Of a stretch of DNA of 64,000 nt, positions 25,996 to 35,195 are shown piece by piece; within the stretch, counting starts at the first letter, position 1, and every line of letters begins with the position of its first letter. The position numbers were made by a program, and so were the translations under genes. The stretch lies in IMG/VR virus record IMGVR_UViG_2806310985_000007, positions 1 through 64,000 of that record, one strand, 5' to 3'. The notes under the pieces are model-generated. The model did not search any database. It saw only the letters and a program-made list of their open reading frames with translations, and had not been told where the DNA came from. Source of the stretch: a virus (taxonomy: Duplodnaviria > Caudoviricetes).

Positions 25996-26065
25996 ACAAA
26001 GAAAAAGCCTCCTCACAGCGGGACACCGGTTAGGGCATCCGAAGCCGCAAGGAGGTTCTCTTTTG
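25996..26065. terminator. Long bidirectional hairpin with CTAACC apical loop (minus strand)
   Basis: GGATGCC-CTAACC-GGTGTCC inside a longer CCTCCT/AGGAGG stem; U-tracts on both strands. Confidence 0.6.
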
Positions 26066-26067
26066 TA

Positions 26068-26102
26068 TAGGAATAAATATAATAGGAATAATGCAGGAAT
26101 AA
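26068..26102 (+). repeat. Three YAGGAATAA direct repeats (putative integrase arm-type sites)
   Basis: Copies at 26068, 26083 and 26094, about 100 bp from the inferred att junction. Confidence 0.5.
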
Positions 26103-26198
26103 TATATAAACTACCTACATTTCTCGACTTTTTCTCACATCTAATTGCTCTTAAAACCGCGTATTTACTGGGTTTTAGAAGTCGATAAATCGAGATAA

Positions 26199-27096
26199 GT
26201 TTCTATTATAAATAAAAATAAAGAAGTTGTTGTTTTTCTTGAATTTAAGACACCCGAGGAACTGAACACACAGGCCAAAATAGATAAGGCTATTAAGCAG
26301 GAGATTTCTGTTGCGCAGGAAATTGGTGCCAAAATCTATGTTGTTGCCGATGGAGATAAATATATTTGGTTGAATCCAACTACTGGAAATTTAATTACGG
26401 ATGAAAATGGCACCCCTATTATTAGAAAGATTGATCCAAAGGCAGAGCCAAAGAAACTGGCTGAATTTATTGACCTGGTATCGCTGTCTGTTTCTTCTGA
26501 GAATGATACCATCCTCAGATTGGAAGATATAGATCCTACCGATTTGGCCAAAAAATTGCCCGCATTTTAAAACGAATGACGTTTGCATCTTCCAAAATGT
26601 CTCTATATACATTTGTTGAGGTTTTTCTTTTCAAGTATTTGAGTGATATCAATGTGCTGAAAGATAAAAACTCTTTTAGCTATATTTACAGCTTATATTC
26701 TGTAGATGAGTCTACCCGCTTGACCAACGCAGATATTTTGGGTGCATATTTGGAAGGTCCAAGGGCACAGATGAAAATGCTGTTCCCTGATGGTGAAGAT
26801 GGTACTACTATCGTTAATGGTCAAATCTTTCATGTGAAAAAAGGTGTGGATGGCCACTATATAGAGGAAGATGCTCATGCCATGTGTTTTAAAAACATTA
26901 TGGATGAGTTTTATTCCTATGAGAAAGAAAATGGGAAGTTTATCAACATCAGTAAAGACTTTAAGTCAAAGCTGTTCGAAACTTTTATGAAAAACAGTGA
27001 TGACAAGTCTGATATGGGACAGTTCTTTACACCGCTAAAAATTGTCAGAGAAATGGTGAATATGGTCACTATTTCTAACGGCATGAAGATCTGTGA
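26199..27096 (+). pseudogene. Internal fragment of a host restriction-modification gene (nuclease + N6-adenine MTase)
   Basis: No start codon; ..IINKNKEVVVFLEFK.. (ExK), FLFKYLSD, GQFFTPL..V..MV...IC; breaks just before the expected DPxxG; -1 frameshift in A6 at 26550-26555; AT-rich. Confidence 0.75.
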
Positions 27097-27149
27097 AATA
27101 ATCTTACTGAGTTTAATACAATGCCGTGGAATAATTAAAAAGTGTTCCT

Positions 27150-27184
27150 TTGCGGTGTAAAATCAGTCGTTGCGGTGTAAAATC
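27150..27184 (+). repeat. 15-bp direct repeat TTGCGGTGTAAAATC x2 near the att junction
   Basis: Copies at 27150-27164 and 27170-27184. Confidence 0.8.
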
Positions 27185-27211
27185 CGAAACGGCTGTTTTT
27201 ATATGCACAGA

Positions 27212-27256
27212 AAAGCTCCTCACCGCCGTAATGGTAGTGAGGAGTATCTTTTTTAT
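27212..27256. terminator. Terminator downstream of the recombinases
   Basis: CTCCTCACCGCC-GTAAT-GGTAGTGAGGAG flanked by A and T tracts. Confidence 0.65.
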
Positions 27257-27258
27257 CC

Positions 27259-28830
27259 TTATGCTTTAATTTCCTGCCCGTCCTTAAAAGCAAACCGCAC
27301 ATCGTCCCTGGCATAGACTGTTACATAATCAATCAGCCCGCACCAGAGGGCAGGGTCAAATTTCTCCATCGGGTCAGCCTGCGCCAGCGTGTCCAGAAAG
27401 GCGTCGATTGCCGCCCGTCTGGATTTCTTGTCGGCAAGCGCGGCTTCAATTTCCTCCAGCCGAGCCTTCGCGGTATCGAAACGGGTGGTGAGACCGTCAT
27501 AGCGTTTCTGATATTCCGTTTGGTCGAGCGCCACATGAGCGTTTTCGTAGATGCATTTTTCGATAAGGTCTGAGACGACCATGATCTCATCCTGCAGTTC
27601 TGCGACTTCGGTTTCCAGTGCAGATGTGTCGAAAGCAACGTCCAGCGAATTTCGGAGCGGCGAGATAATCGCCGCTTTTTTGCCAATCAGCTTGTTTGCC
27701 GCTGAGACAAACATCGCTTTAATTTCATCCTCCGTCAAGTGCGGCGTGGAGCATTTTTCCTCGCCGTCATACTTATGATTGCACTGCCAGATAACCCGGC
27801 GGTATTTGCTGTTGGAATGCCAGACCTTCGAGCCGTACCACTCGCCGCATTGTCCGCAGCGTATCTTACCGGAGAAAAGATGGACGCCGCTGTGTCGCCC
27901 ACGGCTGCTTTTTCTACGCTCCAGTTCCTGCTGAACCAGCTCAAACACCTCCGGCTGGATGATGGCTTCGTGGTTGCCCTCCACATAGTACTGCGGAATC
28001 TCTCCCTCGTTGACCTTTTTCTTTTTGGTGAGGAAATCCACCGTGTAGCTCTTTTGAAGAAGCGCATCGCCTTTGTATTTCTCATTGGTGAGGATGCTGC
28101 GAACAGCTCCTGCGTTCCATTTATCCTTGCCGCCCGGCGATTTAATGCCGTCAGCGGTTAGCCTGGCGGCAATGCCGTGCGGCGTCATGCCTTGCAGGAA
28201 CATACTGTAAATGCGGCGGATGATAACCGCTTCGTCCTTGTTCAAAACCAGATTGCCGTCAGGACCCCGGTCGTAGCCGAGAAACCGTTTGAATGGCACG
28301 GTGACCTTCCCGTCAGCAAACCGTTTTCTCTGTCCCCATGTACAGTTCTCGGAAATGCTGCGGCTTTCCTCCTGTGCCAGTGAGGACATGATGGTAATAA
28401 GTAGTTCTCCCTTGCTGTCCAGGGTCCAGATGTTTTCTTTTTCAAAATAGATCTCCACGCCTTTTTCCTTGAGCTGGCGCACCGTGGTCAGACTATCTAC
28501 CGTATTGCGGGCGAATCGGCTGACCGATTTGGTGACGATGAGGTCTATCTTGCCAGCCAGTGCATCCGCCACCATGCGTTTGAATCCCTCGCGGTGCTTG
28601 GTATTCGTACCCGTTATGCCCTCGTCCGTATACACGGAAACAAACTCCCAATCGTCCCGGCTTTTGATATAGTTGGTGTAATAGTCCACCTGGGCGCTGT
28701 AGCTGGTGAGCTGCTCCTCGCTGTCCGTGGAAACACGGGCGTAGGCGGCGGTGCGGCGCTTTTTCTTTTCATTGATCGGCGTTGCCGTGAATCGGCTTAT
28801 CGTCGCCGGTATTGTCGTTACTTTCGCCAC
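27259..28830 (-). CDS. Large serine recombinase 1
   Basis: YARVST, SVSRFARN, recombinase domain, CGQCG Zn-ribbon, coiled coil. Confidence 0.95.
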   Translation of the reverse strand: MAKVTTIPATISRFTATPINEKKKRRTAAYARVSTDSEEQLTSYSAQVDYYTNYIKSRDDWEFVSVYTDEGITGTNTKHREGFKRMVADALAGKIDLIVTKSVSRFARNTVDSLTTVRQLKEKGVEIYFEKENIWTLDSKGELLITIMSSLAQEESRSISENCTWGQRKRFADGKVTVPFKRFLGYDRGPDGNLVLNKDEAVIIRRIYSMFLQGMTPHGIAARLTADGIKSPGGKDKWNAGAVRSILTNEKYKGDALLQKSYTVDFLTKKKKVNEGEIPQYYVEGNHEAIIQPEVFELVQQELERRKSSRGRHSGVHLFSGKIRCGQCGEWYGSKVWHSNSKYRRVIWQCNHKYDGEEKCSTPHLTEDEIKAMFVSAANKLIGKKAAIISPLRNSLDVAFDTSALETEVAELQDEIMVVSDLIEKCIYENAHVALDQTEYQKRYDGLTTRFDTAKARLEEIEAALADKKSRRAAIDAFLDTLAQADPMEKFDPALWCGLIDYVTVYARDDVRFAFKDGQEIKA

Positions 28831-30535
28831 GTTTTTCCCTCCATCTCTGTATCATTACTTCTCGCATATGCTGTTTTCGCTCCTCTGTATGCCGGGGCAT
28901 CTTCCGCTTGTTTTCCCATGCCGTCTCGAAGGTATGCCCGTCAAAGAAGCGGATGGAAAGCTGATATGGAGCCGTGATGTGAATGCAGACAATCTGCTCA
29001 CGGAAAACCGTCTCACTAAATTCCTCCAGACCCATAGCGTCCGCACAGAGGTTTTTGAGGGCATCTTCCTTGATGCTGGGGCTTTGGCATTTTCCGCCTG
29101 ACGCACATCGCCATACGGAATCAAAGCTGCCGTCTTTGTGCCGTGAACGCTGCCTGCGGTAGTTCTCGCCGCAGCTGTCGCAACGAACGCGGCTGGTAAA
29201 GCAGGAAGTGTTGGGGCCGAGCTGATGCTCCTGCACATACCGTCCCTTGGCGGCTCTGCGCTCATCCGTCCAGCAGTCCTTCCGCATGGTGGATTCCCAG
29301 TGGTGCGGAACGATGCGGCCATCCTTAAAATAGAAAATCATCTCATTCGGAGCAGGAATCTCAATGTGGTCGATCTGCTCTGAAAAGATGATTTCATCAA
29401 ACGTATCCAGTCCCATGACTTCAGCGCAGGCATCTTTGAGCATCTGCTCCGGGATGTCCTTGTTTTGACAATGCGCATTCCCGGTCTTTCTTCGGGTACC
29501 GCAGACCCAGATGGTGTAGTTGGCATTAGGGTCTTTTCTCCCCTTGCGGTTAGACCGCTGATAGCTCTTTCCGCACCGGCCGCACTTGATTTTGCTGGTA
29601 AAGCAGGAGGTGTTAATGCTCCAGTTTGCCAAGGCGCCAAGCTCACGACGGCGCGCTTTCTCGGCCTGCACCGCCTGGTAGACCTCCATTGGAATGATGG
29701 CTTCGTGGGTGTTCTCCACGAAATACTGCGGCAGCTCCCCGCGGTTGATCCTGCTTTTCTTGCTGATGGGGTCTGCCACATATTCCTTCTGGAACAGAAG
29801 GTTGCCCGTATAAGTGATATTTCCGAGGATCTGCCGTATGGAAGTGTTACCGAAATGCTGTCCCTTATAGGATTTTACACCCATCTCGGCAAGCTGCTTT
29901 TCTGTGGTCTCCGCCGACAAACCGTTCATGTAATTGTCGTAGATGAGCCGAACGATTTTTGCCTCCTCCTCATGGATGACCAGATGATCGCCCTCCCAGC
30001 GGTACCCATAGATTTGAAAGCGGCCGTTGGGGATACCTTTTTCAAATCGTTTCCGGGTACCCCATTTGACGTTGTCCGACAGGCTGCGTATTTCTTCCTG
30101 AGCAAAGGATGCTAAGAGGGTCAGCATCAACTCGCCGTCCTCGGTGAGGGAGTCGATGCGCTCCTTTTCAAACTGTACGGAAACGCCCAGCTCCTTGAGC
30201 CTGCGCACCGTATTCAACAGGTCAACGGTATTGCGCGCGAAACGGGAAATGCTCTTTGTCAGAACAATGTCGATTTTTCCGGCTTCGCAGTCGGCAATCA
30301 TCCGATTGAACTCTTCACGGGCTTCGGTTTTGGTGCCGGTTATTCCGTTATCGGCATATACGCCCACATATTCCCAGGCGGGATTGCTCTGAATCAAACT
30401 GCTGTAAAAGCTGACCTGTGCCGAAAGGGAGTGCTGCAGCCGCTCGGACTCCATTGAGACTCTTGCGTAGGCAGCGACCCTTTTGCGGCGCGGTATCTGC
30501 GGTGTTTTCGCTTCGATTTTATTTACAATCCGCAT
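28769..30535 (-). CDS. Large serine recombinase 2 with duplicated Zn-ribbon module
   Basis: YARVS, SISRFARN; NTSCFTSKIKCGRCG and NTSCFTSRVRCDSCG. Confidence 0.93.
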   Translation of the reverse strand: MRIVNKIEAKTPQIPRRKRVAAYARVSMESERLQHSLSAQVSFYSSLIQSNPAWEYVGVYADNGITGTKTEAREEFNRMIADCEAGKIDIVLTKSISRFARNTVDLLNTVRRLKELGVSVQFEKERIDSLTEDGELMLTLLASFAQEEIRSLSDNVKWGTRKRFEKGIPNGRFQIYGYRWEGDHLVIHEEEAKIVRLIYDNYMNGLSAETTEKQLAEMGVKSYKGQHFGNTSIRQILGNITYTGNLLFQKEYVADPISKKSRINRGELPQYFVENTHEAIIPMEVYQAVQAEKARRRELGALANWSINTSCFTSKIKCGRCGKSYQRSNRKGRKDPNANYTIWVCGTRRKTGNAHCQNKDIPEQMLKDACAEVMGLDTFDEIIFSEQIDHIEIPAPNEMIFYFKDGRIVPHHWESTMRKDCWTDERRAAKGRYVQEHQLGPNTSCFTSRVRCDSCGENYRRQRSRHKDGSFDSVWRCASGGKCQSPSIKEDALKNLCADAMGLEEFSETVFREQIVCIHITAPYQLSIRFFDGHTFETAWENKRKMPRHTEERKQHMREVMIQRWREKRGESNDNTGDDKPIHGNADQ

Positions 30536-30556
30536 GAAATCACTCCTTTCCGACAC

Positions 30557-30588
30557 TATATATCACTCTGAAAGCCGATTATATCAAG
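30557..30588 (-). promoter_or_regulatory. Variant copy of the prophage B 32-bp promoter-like repeat
   Basis: CTTGATAT-N11-AGAGTGATATATA upstream of recombinase 2. Confidence 0.55.
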
Positions 30589-30755
30589 TCATTTTCCGAT
30601 AATAATGTACCCAAAGATGGCGAGAACTCAGCCCTCAGATTTGTATCAATTACGGCATATTCCTCCTCGCTCAGAAGCCCCTTTTCCCGGAGATTCTTTG
30701 CGATGGAGAGGGCGGCAAGGTAGCTCATTTCAGAACGGAATTTGTCCTCACTCAT
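30579..30755 (-). CDS. SHOCT-like small protein
   Basis: MSEDKFRSEM...LREKGLLSEEEY..ID. Confidence 0.75.
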   Translation of the reverse strand: MSEDKFRSEMSYLAALSIAKNLREKGLLSEEEYAVIDTNLRAEFSPSLGTLLSENDLI

Positions 30756-31170
30756 GCCCGTCACCGCCTTTGTAGCGGTCTGCGATATAGCAGGCGTGAG
30801 AGCAGTATTTTCTTTTTGCGTTGCCGTAGGCAGTGAAGGGCTTTCCGCAGTGAGCGCAGGTGAAGTGGTATATGGCTCTGCGGTTGACCTTTTCCGGGTG
30901 TGCATTCCACCAGGCGGTACGGCAGTTATCCGAGCAGAACTTAACTCGCTTTCTGCCGGTAGTCTGCGTAAGCAAAGCGCCGCACTGTGGGCAGAATCCG
31001 GCGTCCAGTTCAATGCGGCTGTTATCCGCAGCCTTTGTGCCGGTCAGCCCCATCTTCCGGCAGAATGCGACAACGGTATCTTTCTTCAGTCCCACCGCCT
31101 TGGCGATGGTGGCGTATCCATATCCCTGTGAGCGTAGGGCGGTAATCTGTTCTTTTTGCTGATTTGTCAT
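30748..31170 (-). CDS. HTH plus Zn-finger regulator
   Basis: LRSQGYGYATIAKAVG HTH; CPQCG, FCSDNC, CAHCG, YCSHAC. Confidence 0.8.
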   Translation of the reverse strand: MTNQQKEQITALRSQGYGYATIAKAVGLKKDTVVAFCRKMGLTGTKAADNSRIELDAGFCPQCGALLTQTTGRKRVKFCSDNCRTAWWNAHPEKVNRRAIYHFTCAHCGKPFTAYGNAKRKYCSHACYIADRYKGGDGHE

Positions 31171-31289
31171 TGTGGCTCCTCCGTTCCGAGGGTTTCCCTC
31201 AATGACCCATCTGGACAAGGTAGCCCGTTTTGGCCGAAAAAATACGCCCACCGAACCGTCATGGCTCGATGGGCATTCAGCAGGTTAAG

Positions 31290-32228
31290 TTATTTAATTT
31301 TGGCTGCGTAGTCAAGCGAGATCCAACCTGCGCCGCTCTTCAAGCGTCCCCAGCCCGTCGTGGAGCCCTTGCCGGACTTCACCTCAACGATGGTGAATAC
31401 CCCTTTTCCGGTAAACTTACCGGTCTTGGCGTAGTCTGTTCCCGGTCCTTTTCGGATATTGAGGTCGGAGATGCTGACCTTTACGAGGAACGGAACCTCT
31501 GCGGCTATTGTTTTCGATGTATAGATGTTTACACCGTTTACATCAAACACACTATATCCCGGATTGGCATCAGCGCACTTCTTGGCGTTGGAGAGGATCT
31601 TGTATGCGCCTTTCTGCGACTTGCTGTCAGACCAGGTTTTGCGGACACGGTAAAGCTGCGTGGTTACAGTAGGAGTATCAGCTGAACCGCCAAGCTGTGC
31701 CGTGACCTTTTCCGCCAGATCGCCCATCCTGGCATACATCCAGTTTCCGGGGCAGGACTTGTTAGCAAACCAGCGATGCACCGTCAGCACCATCTCATCG
31801 GACTTCGGCTCATATGAGAGCGTCTTGTCCTTATCGCCAAGCCACAGGAGCTTTTTCTTGCCGTTTCTCTTGCAGATGTCTACGCAAAGGGTGATCAGCT
31901 TCTGGTAGACCACATCCTTAAAGGCATACGGCTCTGTGGTGTCGGATGCGCATTCGATGGTGATGGCCCGCTGATCGTTGGCGCTGGAAGAGGAACACCA
32001 GGAGCGGTTTTTCTCCTCCACATACATACCTACACGACCGTCCACGCCGATGCCGTAGTTGCAGCTTGCCTGTCTGGAAGTCGGAAGAAAGATATTCCCC
32101 AGTGTCTCCACCGAGCATTGCCCCACCACACAGTGGGGCGTGATGCGGTCGATGGAGTGCGTCCTCTGCCCGGAGTGGTTGGGGCTGAGTTTTGTGTAAG
32201 ATACCAATGAACTGTTCGTATAAGCCAT
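31290..32228 (-). CDS. Endolysin, N-acetylmuramoyl-L-alanine amidase with SH3-like C-terminus
   Basis: ITPHC..G, ITIECA, TVHRWFANKSCPG; LNIRKGPG...GWISL. Confidence 0.92.
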   Translation of the reverse strand: MAYTNSSLVSYTKLSPNHSGQRTHSIDRITPHCVVGQCSVETLGNIFLPTSRQASCNYGIGVDGRVGMYVEEKNRSWCSSSSANDQRAITIECASDTTEPYAFKDVVYQKLITLCVDICKRNGKKKLLWLGDKDKTLSYEPKSDEMVLTVHRWFANKSCPGNWMYARMGDLAEKVTAQLGGSADTPTVTTQLYRVRKTWSDSKSQKGAYKILSNAKKCADANPGYSVFDVNGVNIYTSKTIAAEVPFLVKVSISDLNIRKGPGTDYAKTGKFTGKGVFTIVEVKSGKGSTTGWGRLKSGAGWISLDYAAKIK

Positions 32229-32229
32229 A

Positions 32230-32649
32230 TTATTCGTCCTCCTTTTCGTTTTCCGCTCTGTCATGGAGCTGCTCCAATACTGCTTTCAGCTTTTCCGGGA
32301 TGGGCAGTCCAAGGTGTGCGACGTTCTCAATAATGCTCACGCCCTCGTTGGACAGATAAAAGAAGATCACTGCCGTGCGCAGTACAGAGCCTGTTCCAAT
32401 GACCTGCACGTCCAGGATGTGGGCGATCCCCACCAGCAGGAAGATCAGCACCTTGCGGCAGATACCCTTGAATCCCACCTGGCTGTTGAGCTTCTTGTCC
32501 GATACGGCACACATTACGCCCGTGATGTAGTCCGCTACTGCAAACACCACAAGGGCGATAAGCAGCCCGTCGTTGCCGCCAAGGAAGTAGCCAAGCCACC
32601 CTCCCACAGCGGTGAACACCATCTGGATCACATTCCAAAATTCCTTCAT
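32230..32649 (-). CDS. Phage holin (Phage_holin_4_1 type)
   Basis: DYITG, G..GI.RK, NEGVSI.EN..LG.PIP. Confidence 0.92.
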   Translation of the reverse strand: MKEFWNVIQMVFTAVGGWLGYFLGGNDGLLIALVVFAVADYITGVMCAVSDKKLNSQVGFKGICRKVLIFLLVGIAHILDVQVIGTGSVLRTAVIFFYLSNEGVSIIENVAHLGLPIPEKLKAVLEQLHDRAENEKEDE

Positions 32650-32726
32650 GTTGTTTACCTCCTCTTGGTTCTGTGTATGAAAAAAGCGGCCACCCCGCAG
32701 GATAGTCGCTGATTCCCAAAGTATAT

Positions 32727-35195
32727 TTAAATCTGCTTCGGCAGATATTCCCACAGCCGCATATCCTCCTGACCCAGGGACCACATACACATCCCCCGTA
32801 GTTTCCAGCGGTATGCCGCCTGGTTCGCCCAATAGACAAGGGAGTCCACGTCCTGGTAGTAAAGGATGGAGAATCCGTCCGCATCGCCGAGGAACAGCCG
32901 GGATATCCAGATGTTGATGTCCTTTGGTATGATCCTCGCCGTGTAATTCCCGCCGCAGGAAATCTCCAGAAGGTCAGAGTGGAAAAAGTCGTAGTCCAGC
33001 GAAATGTCCTCGCTCCGGGTAGAGGATTCCTCCACGTCGGAGGTCAGCGTGAATACCTGGAACTCCTCATCCCAGGTGCAGCTTGAGCGGGATATCCTGC
33101 CGTAGCTTTTAAAGCTGCCGTCCGGCATCTGAACATCAAACCGTTCATACGGCTCGTATGTCCAGGCGTCCCCCAGACGCAAAAGTTCGCATACGGTCGC
33201 ATTGTCCGAGCGGTATCCGGCATAGCCTCCTGTAAAGCCGCTGACCGCTGCCGTAAAGCGCAGGGTGTAGGAGGAGCCGGAATACACCCGCACCCGGTTC
33301 CCTCGGATACGCATCTCCACCGTGTACATGGATGGATTGTCCCGCAGATCCGCCGATGCGGTTCTTGCGATCTCCTGGCTGTAGCTGCCAAGGAGTGTGG
33401 AGCCATTGTATAGCTCCACCGCCTGGGTATCGTAGTTCAGACAGCAGAACAGGCTGCCGCAGAACACACCCGCCCTGCCGCTGCCATTTGCCGGGAATGC
33501 CAGCCTTGCCCGAAGATGCAGCTCGGAAAAGCCGTCATAGTTCCAGGCAAGCTCTCCTTTACCCTCAAGCTGGGAGTAGACACGCTCCATCGAGTATTCA
33601 TCCGAGCGCCATACCTTCCATGAGCCGGAGCGCACCGTCCAGTAGTCTGTCTCCAGCACGCCGTAATCCCGGAAATCCTCGTACCAGACAAGTGCGGAGT
33701 CAGGCTTTCTGCGGAGCATCTCCAATGTCAGCTTGAAGCCCTTATCGGGAACCGCCATGTTGCCGTCCACGTCCTTAAAGCTCCTGGGCGCAAGGGCAAA
33801 GATCGCTTCTCCGGCGGAGGGCTCCTCAGAGAAACCGGAGCAGACACGGAAGCCGTAAAACTGCACGCCTTTGACATCCACCGAGATCGTAATGGTATGC
33901 GTCCCGGCGGAAAGCGTTACGCCACCGGCAAGGGAAGTCCAGAAGGTACTCCGCCAGTACGGCCACCACAGGCGGCTTTCCGTGAAATATTTTGTGCTGC
34001 CGTCCAGAGCCACATAGATGCCGTTCTTGTCCCAGAAGGGATAGCAGAGCCGCACCGCCACATCGTAGGTTCCCGCCGACTCCACCTTAAAGCTGTAGGT
34101 CACCGAACCGTTATCGCCAAGGGTGGCGATGCCGTTTTCAATGGAGACGATGCCGGATGCAGAGGAATAATTGCCGGCGTCCCGGTCGATGTATATCGTT
34201 CCGAACTCTGTCTTCTGCTCTTTGCCGTAGGCAGTCAGATATCGCCTGCGGTTGTATGTCCCCACAAGCTGGGGATACTCACGGGAAACGGCGTCCGCCC
34301 CTTCCATGTAGTCATAGACATGGGGAAAGGCATAGGGTACCTTATCGTAATCGTCCCAATAGGCCACGATGGGGAGAAAGGGCTGCGGCGGCGCATCGTC
34401 CGTGAAATTGTAGCCTCCCGTCATCCACAGCTTGGCGGCATAGTAGGTGTTGGACGTTCCCCGGTAGGTTCTGCCAAGGTTCTCCGGCGTGTCGTAGATC
34501 TGCCAGTTCCAGCCATAGGCAGGCATACCGAGAAAGATCTTATTCGGGTCCATGACCCTCGTGGCGTAATCGTAGATGCCCTCCAGCCAGCTTCTTGGGG
34601 AAACCGGACCCGGTGCGGAGCCTGCCCATGCCATGCCGTAGGACATGATGGACGCGGTATCGCAGTAAGCGTCCAAGTCGCCGTAAACGCACCAGTTCTC
34701 ACCGCCCACCGAGCCGTTGACGGAAGTCATCCCCGGCAGGCAGATGTTCATGTGCTTTGCGGGGTCATAGGCTTTCACCGTATTGTAGATATTGCGGAAC
34801 ATCGCCGTGGACTCTGCGTGGGTGGAATAGCCGTCCCCACGTTCCAGGTCGATGTCAATGCCATCGCACCAGGGATACTTCTCCATGATGCGGATGATCT
34901 CCGAGAGGAACATCTCCTGCGCCCCGTTTGTGTTGTCCCGCAGGGCGCGGAAGATGCTGTTTGCGCCATCGTTGGCCACGGTCAAAAGCCACTTGATATG
35001 GGGCCACCTGTTGATGTAGGTGAGCATATCAGAGATCGCCACACCGCTTTCATAGATTTCTCCGGTCGCTCTTACTTTAAAGGAGAACAGCCCGATCTGG
35101 CTGATGCGGTCGCCGTAATCCCGCAGGGCTTCGTACATCCGGGCGTTGCCCATGAACGTCCATACCATGATCTGTTTGCCTTTTAATGTGTCCAT
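32727..35195 (-). CDS. Glycoside hydrolase family 18 protein with large beta-sandwich insertions
   Basis: DGIDIDLE catalytic motif, IMSYG, LGMPAYG, C-terminal GMCMWSLGQED. Confidence 0.85.
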   Translation of the reverse strand: MDTLKGKQIMVWTFMGNARMYEALRDYGDRISQIGLFSFKVRATGEIYESGVAISDMLTYINRWPHIKWLLTVANDGANSIFRALRDNTNGAQEMFLSEIIRIMEKYPWCDGIDIDLERGDGYSTHAESTAMFRNIYNTVKAYDPAKHMNICLPGMTSVNGSVGGENWCVYGDLDAYCDTASIMSYGMAWAGSAPGPVSPRSWLEGIYDYATRVMDPNKIFLGMPAYGWNWQIYDTPENLGRTYRGTSNTYYAAKLWMTGGYNFTDDAPPQPFLPIVAYWDDYDKVPYAFPHVYDYMEGADAVSREYPQLVGTYNRRRYLTAYGKEQKTEFGTIYIDRDAGNYSSASGIVSIENGIATLGDNGSVTYSFKVESAGTYDVAVRLCYPFWDKNGIYVALDGSTKYFTESRLWWPYWRSTFWTSLAGGVTLSAGTHTITISVDVKGVQFYGFRVCSGFSEEPSAGEAIFALAPRSFKDVDGNMAVPDKGFKLTLEMLRRKPDSALVWYEDFRDYGVLETDYWTVRSGSWKVWRSDEYSMERVYSQLEGKGELAWNYDGFSELHLRARLAFPANGSGRAGVFCGSLFCCLNYDTQAVELYNGSTLLGSYSQEIARTASADLRDNPSMYTVEMRIRGNRVRVYSGSSYTLRFTAAVSGFTGGYAGYRSDNATVCELLRLGDAWTYEPYERFDVQMPDGSFKSYGRISRSSCTWDEEFQVFTLTSDVEESSTRSEDISLDYDFFHSDLLEISCGGNYTARIIPKDINIWISRLFLGDADGFSILYYQDVDSLVYWANQAAYRWKLRGMCMWSLGQEDMRLWEYLPKQI

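Larger units (their letters stand above)
925..26205 (-). mobile_element. Prophage A (tyrosine-integrase type), replication/early arm; structural genes not in window
   Basis: Co-oriented phage replication and nucleotide-metabolism genes, many small ORFs, terminal integrase; boundaries approximate. Confidence 0.85.

Noticed and set aside
925-26205. TAG stop-codon reassignment in prophage A
   Set aside because: Only one in-frame TAG was found; long genes are intact under the standard code, TAG ends the helicase and integrase, and no suppressor tRNA was seen.
27097-27160. C-terminus of ORF 26576-27160 (EIILLSLIQCRG...)
   Set aside because: Interpreted as read-through into prophage B end sequence after the gene is cut before motif I, not a real C-terminus.
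33897-35186. 429-aa plus-strand ORF
   Set aside because: Antisense shadow of the GC-rich GH18 gene; no recognisable motifs.
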